Assembly: GCA_977030845.1 (NCBI GenBank)
Contig: OZ365112.1
Location: 6,386,001-6,450,000, forward strand
Origin: Fimbriosthenelais zetlandica
Lineage: Eukaryota
DNA length: 64,000 nucleotides
Direction of reading: 5' to 3'
Part shown: positions 53,801 through 64,000 of the stretch, piece by piece
Layout of the letters: each line of letters begins with the position of its first letter
Position numbering within the stretch: the first letter of the stretch is position 1
Notes under the pieces: model-generated
What the model saw: the letters and a program-made list of their open reading frames with translations, nothing else
The model's database searches: none
Told to the model about the DNA's origin: nothing
Made by a program: the position numbers and the translations under genes

Positions 53801-56236
53801 CTTCCAGGTTGACGCTGATTTTACGATTGACCAACCTTCAGAAGGTCCACAGTGGTGAGAGTGCAGGCATATCTACCCTCGTTTTTCTGAGCTTATGTTT
53901 CAAGGGCAACATATTCAAACTACTCAATCGTTTTTTTGGTAAGATCAGAGTGTGCATGAGATCTTCCGTTATGTGCACCGTGAAGAGTTGGGCATTGAAG
54001 TTGTAGTAGAAGCATTGATCTGAATGCTGGATTTAATTAATAGATCACTCGAGTTATTAATATGTGCCAGCAACTTGACTATGGGATTATACAAGGTAAT
54101 CCATCAAGAACCTGAATACATCACATGCAAGGAGAAGCCCATTATGTGAGTCAATGCCCCTTCTAAATCCAAACACTGATTATGGAATTTATAAATGATT
54201 TAGTGCAACTTCTATCCTGTAGTACAGAAGACAATTCTGTACAACTGAGGCAATGTTCTGCTGCAAGCGAAGCAACCTGCTACATCCTGCTCATGACATT
54301 CACAAGTTTTTATCAGTAAAAGCCTCGCATATAGAGCATACAGGCTGTCTATGTCTATGAAAATGAAGGTGCTTTTGAAAATGTCAACCTAAGTGACTTT
54401 CCCTTCAAAGACACACGAGTTGTCATTGTATTCTAAATGGAGATACTCTATTAAACTTGATTTTGTTCTGTTGGATTTACAGCAGAACAAAATAATTTCA
54501 CATCAAAGATATTTTAATAAAAATCTCGCGCTTTGAAGCAAATAGATGAATATTTTGCTCTATGAATCTGACTTCTATCAATGACGTATAACATTCAATG
54601 ACATTTCACATAATCATTTCTGAATGTTACTTGAGGTAAGGTCAGAAACACAAATATTACATGTGTTGGAATTTTGTTAAGGACGTCTCTCATAAAAGGA
54701 AAAGTCCAAACTCTTATGCAGAATGCGGCAAAAAGGATTAAGCTTCGTGCTCGGTACTAAAATATATTTTCCATTAGATGCGTTGTCTTTCTTCTTTCCA
54801 ACAGTCACCCATTTAGTGTTCCGCCGTGGCAAACGTCCTGATTTCAGGACTACCTTGGCATCCAGATATTCACTATGGCATCGAAAAACATGAATGAATT
54901 GAAGGCGCGAGAAAGAAATAGTAGTTGGCAGAATAATAAAGTCCGATGGCGATGAAGTAGAGAAGATACAAAGGCAAGTTAAATGTAATGTAACGTAAAT
55001 AGAAAGATGTTTTAATTAGTAATTTGGACTTAAATAATTAGCATTAGTACTTAAGATTTAAATAAACTTAAATGACTAAGATCTATTCAAACTGATTTCT
55101 ATATTACCAGCATTATCACTTACCAGGTGTTTAGCCTGTATAAGCCTACATCCAATCATCCCACCAACTCACCTGAAAAAAGACAAAATATAATGCATTA
55201 GTCCTCTAAAACATAAATACATACGGGAAATTATGTAAATTCTTTAACAACCGTGTTATTTATTGGACATTTGCCATAATTATTTTAGGCCTTAATTGAC
55301 TGGCCAAGGTCGGTCTCAACATTTCAAACTTTTTCCTTATCAAAATTGAATGGCATTGCAAAATCATCAGACTAAAGCTCCTCTGTCACTCTAAATGATC
55401 AATGAAGGGTGGATTTTCGATAAGCAATGCGTAAATCAGACCAAACATGGCGGCGGAAATCTGGAGGACTTCTCCCTTAATGCCCTTACAACTACAAACA
55501 CCAGGGAAACTTTAGAGTTGACAACAAGGCCGCGATATTCTATTATGTAGGTTGGTAGATGTGGGGCAAACTTGCATGACGTCGATTTCTCATTAAGTGC
55601 GTCAGAACACGAGGCTGATTTCATTGCCCACCAGATGACGCCGCTTGCCCATAACAGTATAAGCTTTATTGATTGGTTGAGGAGAGACACGGCCACCGAT
55701 TGGTCGAGCCATTAGAAGGACTAAATCTCATTGAGAGTAGAGGGCGCTGAGGAATAGTATGAACCATGGGGATATAGGCAGTGTAAGCATAAAGATCTTT
55801 ACTTTTATAAAGGTCTACTGGTAATAGAAGGTATCAATCAAAAGATCCAAGCCTTGATAAGAAGATCACAAAGGTTATCATCCATAGGTGGCCCCACAAA
55901 AAGCCCCACAAGTGGGAGGTCATGAAGCTAACTAAAACATGAAATCAATGCAGACATTCAAAATAAGTGCTCTCATCATTAGAAGGTCTACTTTTAATCG
56001 GGATGATTCAACTTAGTTCTTAGTATGACTGGCTTGTCTTAATGCATAGATTAGACACCCAGACCCCCACTTCATACTAATATGAGCTTCTAGAGTTGTT
56101 ACTTTTAGCAAAGGGAACTAGAGGAGATAATGTAGCTATTCACCTGATTAAACTCTCAGATTCAGCTCTACATATTCCATTATGCTTGGTGCAAAATTGG
56201 CATTTCATCCTCGTATGCTGCTAGTAGTAAAAACAA

Positions 56237-56695
56237 TTAAAGATTTTGTCTTGCAAGTGAAAACCTAGTAATCATATGAATATACAGAGGGGAGTTTTTG
56301 TTGTGTCGATTATACCTTCCGTGATTAGATACAGTGTTGGCATCTACATTGGAGTACTGGCGTAAGCAGCATTTGTCAGTTCCATTATGGCCCTTATTAA
56401 CAGCTTGGACAAGCCTGATTCCATCGGATGACGAAATAATGAAACATTAACTGACTCTGTCCATGTGGACATTTTTGCCGATCTCATTTTCGACGGGGAC
56501 TGGAACGAGGGAGCGCGATGCAAGTGAAAGCAGGGAGGAAAAGGGGGGAGAAATCCTGTTTTCATATTCGCGCAGTGGCTTCCAACTTAACTTGACGGCT
56601 GGATCAATATATAAATTGGAGATGGCGTAGAGGTCAGAGGAAAACATATCAAGGTCGTTGGAGATGGTATGTAATGGTGACAGGCGTGTGACCAC
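56237..56695 (-). pseudogene. Possible decayed reading frame, unknown product
   Basis: 153-codon frame with a single internal TAA (56447-56449) and protein-like composition. No homology recognised. Confidence 0.22.
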
Positions 56696-59023
56696 GAGGC
56701 TAAAGATGTTGACTTAAGGTAAAAGAGGGGAAGCAGTGTGGAAAGACGTAGAAGCAGGAAAAACAAGCTTTTCTTTCCTTCTGTTCTACCAAAAATTCAT
56801 TTTGGGAATAGTGAAAAGAAATGGGCGACAATAGAAACCATTAGACATGCAAGAAGAGAAAGTACCCAGAGGAGAAAGAGAAACAGGAGAAGAAAGAGGA
56901 GGGAGAAAGAGACATATGAGTGGGTGCAGGTAACATTCGGATCACTCAATTATGAAGTTGAAGCCTCAATCCCCATCATATAAATTACAATCCCCATCAT
57001 TCCCAAGAGTACAAAACTCATCCTTCCTTCCTTCAACAATTTGATCATGCATCATTTGATGCGTGTATGAGCTCCAGCATCAATGTGTCCCGACTCCATG
57101 ATAATATGCAGGATTCAAAGTCTAGTGGAATGATAGATGAGCTATTTTGCCTCAATTGAGGGGGTCGACCATGTGGATAAGCAGAAATTTTACCAATGGC
57201 TATTAACCGGGGATTAATGAGTCAATTACCACAATGCAATTACTATTTGCTTTCCTAGAATTGAGAGGAATATAAATTGAGCTCTCCATTATGATATTTC
57301 TGGTCGAATTCAAACTGACTTCACTCCTTATTGAAAAGGACATCTCCTGTCTTCGGCTACATTATTATGTAAGTGGCCACAGGTTGCCTATTGATTAAAT
57401 GTCCGACCTTTTTTGAAGTGATTTACGCCGAGATAGCGTGAGAAATCGGCGACCATTTGTCGCTGAGAGTGAAGACGTCCCCAGTGGTCTACGTCGGCAT
57501 TATGTCTTGAATTTAAACACCCCTTAGGTTGCGTTGGTGCAAATAGCCCCCGATATTTTCTCCTTTAGTTTTTCCTCATGGACACAATGCTTGTCATGAC
57601 AAGTAGTGTGGTGAAAGTGGCAGGCTGAGACAAGTTGCAATTTAACAGGACATGTGAAGTACGAACTTCACCAGGTGATGACAAGACAAGTGTTGAGTCA
57701 CGAAGTCCTCAGACAATTGCTGACCGCCTGCCAGTTTATACCAAAACAAAACCCTGACCCTTTTGTTGTCTGCCCATTTGTCATCCCCATGCTCCAAAGA
57801 GGACATCTGCCAGTCAAGTGACACAACTTTTATTTCCTTCCCAGTCAACGCTTTCTCTCCTGTCAACAAAATCAAGCATTTCTCATTTTACCAATCCAGC
57901 AACTCACAAAAAAAACAACTTTAAAAAGGACATGGGAGGTCATTGCTGGAAGTGACTTCCACTGACCTTCCCTTCCACCAGTCTCAGCTGTGACAACAGT
58001 GGCGTCCATCAATAAACCAGGGTCATTGTCGCGGGCATGTTGTTGGGTCTTCAGCGAAACCAATTCTTGAATTCTTGCCATCTTCCTCGGGCTAGTGGGT
58101 CAATAGAATTATCTGCTAAGGGACGAGATGGAGCAGAATCTAGTGGATTCTGCCACGGTTAGACGTTCATCTTGACAAGCACCCGATGGCCAGTGCACAG
58201 GCTTCAGTGTCCGTTTGTTTCATTAGCTGACCAGTCAAGCCGGATGTGTGGCCACAGCTAGTCTGTCCTGAAAGGCCAGCCAGCAGCGAGCCAGAAGACA
58301 GGCGTGACTGACATCTGGGAGAGCGACCAAGTGACTGCCGCATAGCTTTATATACCCTGGGTGTATATTGTGCTAGCTTGGGTTCTCATCTGAGAAACTC
58401 AAACCGAAAACTGCCAGAGGCAATTTAAATCAGTTGGGGAAAGTTACAATGTGTTGAGACTGGCCCAAAACTTGCTACCTTTTTTCTATGTAAGATACAA
58501 AGGTATACTTGTAAAAATGCATCACATGAGTTGCTACTTATGATGACATGACAATGCCACTAGATGTGAAAAAGCCCCTGTCGTCTCATGTTCTATGTAA
58601 CCTTTGTTTTAGTGGCACCATGGTCATTGTACATGCATCTGACATTTGCCTGAAGGGGGGCTGCTTTATATTGATATATCAATCCACAACATGGTTTAGA
58701 CACCGAGTTAACAATTCAATAACCTCACAATGTTGGTCATCCATGTTTAGCTACCTCAATAACTCATTTATAATGACACTGGATATCAGGGGAAAATATT
58801 ATATTAGTTACACAGAGTCAACGTTTAATTCAGCATTTTCCTAACATTGAATTTCTTCTTGTTGCAATGGGAATTTTGCCCAGAGCAGGAAGGAAAATGT
58901 AAGCAACAGTTTTAATGGGAGAACACATCCACCTTTGTGACTTGCATTTGCCAAACCCCTCCTTGCATTTGGACAAAGGAGTGATACATTTGTTACCCTG
59001 CCCAAGCCCTGCCTTTGTTCTGC

Positions 59024-59046
59024 GGGGGGGGGGGGGGGGGGGGGGG
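59024..59046 (+). repeat. G23 homopolymer
   Basis: 23 consecutive G. Confidence 0.97.
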
Positions 59047-62000
59047 CTCCTTAGAATCCACAGCCTTTTAGTACCTAAGCTGTGATTCGAATGCCCGAGG
59101 CAGGATACATTTATGACATCGGCAGAGTTGTAAAAAACTGTTTTAGATTACACTGTACAATGATTTTGTACTGCTGGCTGATCTCTGTAAAGTGCCGGCC
59201 TTTTCTCCCCTCCCCCTAACTCTCAGTCTTCTCCTGTGTCCCCTCTTTGCCTACTCTTCAGCACTACGGCCCGCCATGCTGAAAGCAAGGGCCTTGGCAA
59301 TATGCAGATAAGAAATAGTGGCATTAAGTTCCATCAAGAATTTCCCACAGATGTTAAAAACCCTTCATGATGTTCAGCACACGTCATTGTCAGAAAACAC
59401 CTTTCTATGACAACTTTATTCACAGAGCATGTTTTTTGTTATAAATCCCAGAAAAGATGTATTATAGGTCGTTATGGCAACAGGCACTGTGCTAACTCTG
59501 ATAATGCAGGCAATCCATTAAGTAATATTCCCACTCATTCCAATTTGAAAGGATGAGACGGAAGAGAATTGCTTTATTATTTTATGTGCTACTTAATATG
59601 GAGCTAATTCAAATATTTCAGAAATGCAGTCGCCAACTTCAGATTGTGCCAAGTGCCTGCTGTACATGTGGAGGGTGACGAGTGAGAACTGGTAATGATA
59701 TTCCAAATAGGGAGTCATTCCCCTCCGTTGCCTCAATTTTTCCCCTCTCATCATATTTTCCATCACTCTAGGCTGCACTATTATGATAGCTAAAGGGGCC
59801 ACGACCTAGCCCAGAGCACTAGACAAAGTTCATTACAGCGATGGCCGATCCCTCCTCCTCCTTCTTCCAGACCTCACATAAGATGCTCTCTAAGTTCAAT
59901 CAATGGCCCTACTCTCTTAGTCCCCACTAGAAGATCCCCAGCCAAAAATGTGAAGTCCATAATAATAACACTGTAGGTGACAGTTCGATGATTCATGACC
60001 ACCTCTAGTATGTTTGCTTTTGCAATTTGCTGATAATGAGTTTTTCATCGACAGCTCTCTAGAGGGCCGGTGTGGTGATTTCAAGTTTCCTCTCATTCTA
60101 TATTTCCCCTTCCAGGTACCTGGAAACATTAAAAAAACTGCCCTCTACCATTTGATTATGGAAGAAGATAGTTTCAAACTTTGCAAAATTGGTCCCTTAG
60201 CGTCTGAGCATAAATTTACACAAGCCCCAGCGGAAAATGGAAGGGGAAGGGAAATGTTATAGGTGTAGTCATAAGCAATTTCTTAGGAGTCATATTCACT
60301 TCTGAGCGGATGTACAAAATGTAATTGCATTTGCAGTAGCATTTGCACAAAGTGGACTTCTTTAGCACATCTTTTTTTGTTAAATAGACTCCTGCTAAGT
60401 GTACGGGAAGATTTTGGAAGGAGGGAGTTCTAATACGCTACACCAGCTGAAGTTTGGGGGTCGATTTTGGGGGGTTGGGGCACACAGGCCAAGGCACAGG
60501 CTAATCCAATTCTGAGCTTTGCTAGCTCAGAATAACCAACCGGTGCAGGGAACTAGTCCCTTCAGTAACAGAAGGGATGATTAATTCCTAGTTGAATTCC
60601 TAATAGGAAGGGCTTGATTAGGAATTTCACAAGATGGCACCGAGATGACAATGGCTCTATTCTTTTCTCTGACTACCTATTCTCCGGTTTAATATATCAC
60701 AGGCAGTCTAATGAATTATTTCCATGCCGAAGAATCATCAAAGAGATGAAAAAGTGCATCTTGATAGAATCCCTGAAGCGCATTTGCAGCACAGTTAGGA
60801 CCTTGAGGAGAAGATTGTTCTCAATCTGCTGCAATCTGACCGTTATTTTCTGAACAAATTAGTTGAAGTCTTCAACTCTGAAATTTACACCCAAACCACA
60901 AATATCAGAATAGAACCAGAATCCACCTTGGGAACATCTATGTATGCAATATTCATTGTTTGTCGTAGTGGACGAGAATTGGCCAGACCCCATTGACATG
61001 CATTGGCTGGCTGACATCACGGTGACGTCGACGTTGACCCCGTCATTTCGCTTATCTGAGCAACGCTCTTGGCCAAAACTCAGGGTGATGGAGGTGCTCT
61101 TTTCGCTTTTTTAACTTGCAAAGTGCGTGATCTGATGCCAGGGAGCGAGGGTGCAGGTGCCAACGACAGGGGATAAAAGACCTTCTGAAGCCGCAACCTG
61201 AAGACAAGCAGATGCAAAGCCTTGGTAATGAGCAGAGCGTCTCTAGACAAGAAAATCCCTCCCCACCACCTCTGGTCCACTATACCATCAGGGTCGCGGT
61301 CCTGGTTAAAATTTCCTTCAGTGTCTGCAAGCATTTCGTTAATAGGTCCATCACTGCACTTTCTAGGGTGTCATTAGCGAGCGTAGTGAACGTCCTCGGG
61401 ATGAATGTCATTCCCCTGGCTAAAGAGGGTTTTATGGGAGAGTTTTAGAAGCACACCTTTCAATTAAGGGGGCGTTATTGAGGTTTTTTCTAGTAGCTTT
61501 ATGAAGGCCTTTAAGCAGTCTGCCCTCTGACATTTATCTGTGTTCCTATAAGAAAGACATATACAAGATGAGCAAGGATGCGGTTTTTCTACGAGTAGGG
61601 TTTCTTTTCGAGGTACGCTGTATATTACAACACGCGAAACATCACTATCTCTATATTTTGACCTAGAACAATCAAAGCAAACATTAAATTTTATGCACAA
61701 TATTCACACAGGCCCAAAGTTTTATGCGTGAACAAAAGGAGTACCCACTAGCCTTCCATTGCTTAGGCAGTGCCTATGTATGGAGGGACATTCATATAAT
61801 CTAGTACACATAATCCACTTTCCTAATAATTTTCCTCGGTCTACTTAATTCCATTCTCACAAATGCAATGCTTTGTGCACTGATCGATTTAGTGGAATGT
61901 CTCCTCATCGAATCTAATTGGTTTGCTCATTCATGGAGGAAATATATGCCATGATAAACAACATAAACCAGACGCCAATACAGGATCGGAGCTGGAATAA

Positions 62001-62868
62001 GAGAATAGAAGCAATATATTCTTTTTGTCGCCCACCCATTTATCACTTTCGGTTTATCTAAATGTGAAAAAAGCATAGGCCCACTTGTCTCAAATGGTGC
62101 GCTCATAGATCGGGAATCCAAGTACCCTGAACGTGAGTGTGCTAGGCTGATAGCACGGAGAATTAACATGATTAAGAGGTTATGCTAGGATCCCTTATGA
62201 GTGTCCCATTGTGGGTTATAACGCTCAATTAGCGGGCAAAATGAACTTGTCATCACAAGGCTATAGGTGTGGGGGAAATTCGGCAAGGAACAGGCGAAAA
62301 GATAGCAAAGTGAAGTAATATATTGTTTTCACCATGCTGTATTATCTAGTTTTGATGTCATTTCCAAGACAGCGAGAAATGCTAGGCATTAGAGGAGAGG
62401 ACATTTATTAGGTTTGCAGGAGGTTTTTGCCTGGTACTATTGGTTTCTATCTATGGGACACTCTTAGTACAAGAGGTTGATGTGCCTTCTGTTGCTGCCT
62501 TTGGCAAAAAGGGGCTTTTCTGAGAGGAAGGCCTGGCGAACAGAACATAATCAATCAATCACAGAGCCGGAGTGTCATCCTTTCTCAGTCTAGGTGATGG
62601 AAAGGGGACGACAGTAGATGCATACCCTTCCCCCACCCTCCTCTTTCTCCCTCACTTACACCCCAACTTCCTTCCTCAGACGCCTTTACCAAAGACCCTT
62701 AACAAACCCCATCAAAAACCCGCACATACAATAATCTTACCCCCAGCTCCTGGCACTTCTCCATCTCCCATGTGTTGGAATCTTTAGCATTGACCCATCG
62801 CTATGGAAATGTGCCAATTGTGACCACAAGGGAACTGTAGAATGTCGTGGGTACCATGGTATTGTTGA

Positions 62869-63360
62869 CCTCTGATCGGCTCTGGAGAGATCAAGCTGGA
62901 AGTGAAGGCCGTGGACAGTTGTGATGCCAAAATAAAGGCAGCTGAGGCTGGCTTACTACTTGGACCCATGCTTAATTACCCATTTGATATTGCCTCTGCC
63001 ATTACCCAGAGTTGGACAAGGACAAATATGTCACCGATACAAACAGCAACTTTCATCTGCAGCCTCCATATTCAGTTTACAGTATGTGAGAGGAATTGGT
63101 CGCAGAACCTTATTACCCAGTCATAGCAAGTCCACTTGGAAATGGAAAAAAACTGGAATGAAGCTGAGGAAAGGGACATCACTGCTACTTCTGCTTCCCA
63201 GAATGATTCCTTGCCCTGCTGCATCGAATCTTTCCGCTGCCCTCTTTCTTTTCTGCCCTCAAGCCCTTCTTTCTGTCAGTCTCACTTTGCAGGGAATGTG
63301 CGGTTCCTCTTTATTTCGTTCCGGATCTGGAGTTCTTCATTCCTTTGGCCCAACCGCTAG
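62869..63360 (+). pseudogene. Possible decayed reading frame, unknown product
   Basis: ORFs 62902..63126 and 63136..63360 are in one frame, separated by a single TAG. No homology recognised. Confidence 0.2.
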
Positions 63361-64000
63361 TTACCCTTCACCCTCTCTCACCTAGGGCTCAATGTAGGAG
63401 ACCAGGGGTAAATTAGATTAGAGAGGAGGGAGCGTGTTACGATACGATCCTCGGCTGCTTCCAGCCCTGCCATGGCTGGTGAGCCTTCAAGCGAACTACT
63501 GGCCCTTAGCCCTCTCCAAAATCAAATCACCAAAATCAGCCATCACCATGCTCCCTTCTATCCAAACCTGTTTGTCACCCTCCCCACTGCGCAGTCCCGC
63601 TCCTCCTAAACACATTGTATGTGTATTTAGCGTACCCATCACGCTTCCTTCCCTTCACAATCCCTGCCTGCCAACTCTAACAGAAATAGAGCCTTCCATA
63701 GTCAGATGATTCGCGGCCAGATTTTGCCGCATTTGGAGAGCTAATGGCAGTTTCTAGGGAAGGATAATTAAATGTGACGTGCTTGGAAAAAGCCTTGTAC
63801 GAGTGCAAAACTATAGGTTTCGGCTCAAATCTTTTGGCTATTTTTCTATCAGAGAAAACAATGACATTTTTAGCCTGTTACTGATATTTGAGCAAGATTT
63901 CATGGAGGAGGACGCCATCCATTTATTCAATTGAGTGCGCGATGGAAACTGAAATTCTAGCAGGAAATGATGAATTTCTCTGTTCTCAAAAATATCTTCA

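Noticed and set aside
55447-55515. AAACATGGCGGCG start-like/YY1 motif (similar reverse motif at 21457)
   Set aside because: The ATG frames close after 22 and 13 codons with no convincing downstream exon.
60595-60626. 10-bp stem hairpin
   Set aside because: A few such stems are expected by chance; no terminator or TE context.
1-64000. tRNA, 5S/snRNA, CRISPR arrays, telomeric repeats, paired LTRs
   Set aside because: Manual scan found no cloverleaf with proper A/B boxes, no conserved RNA motifs, no regularly spaced repeats, no telomere arrays and no long direct repeat pair. Covariance-model searches were not possible.

Overview
Eukaryotic, gene-poor 64 kb window of moderate GC with visible CpG depletion. 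The host cannot be fixed from sequence alone. Decayed CAG runs and short intron-like signals suggest a repeat-rich fungus, while some TF-motif clusters and one MITE look animal-like. I found no intact recognisable protein-coding gene (longest ORF in the track is 183 aa, with no identifiable domain), and no tRNA, rRNA, snRNA, CRISPR array or telomere repeat. Solidly supported: three non-autonomous DNA transposons (MITEs) with long TIRs and intact target-site duplications. Two belong to one PIF/Harbinger-type family (4687-4897, TSD TAA; 16039-16230, TSD TTA) and one to a second family (12121-12386, TSD AT, or TA under an alternative boundary). Also solid: a ~150-bp tandem duplication, several microsatellites/homopolymers and G/C-rich low-complexity tracts. 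Weaker: scattered decayed reading frames, of which only 26589-26990 (-) has convincing codon bias. I could not support a novel multi-gene system. The best leads are the MITE families, the unidentified coding remnant near 26.5-27.2 kb and the mutational/oligonucleotide signatures.
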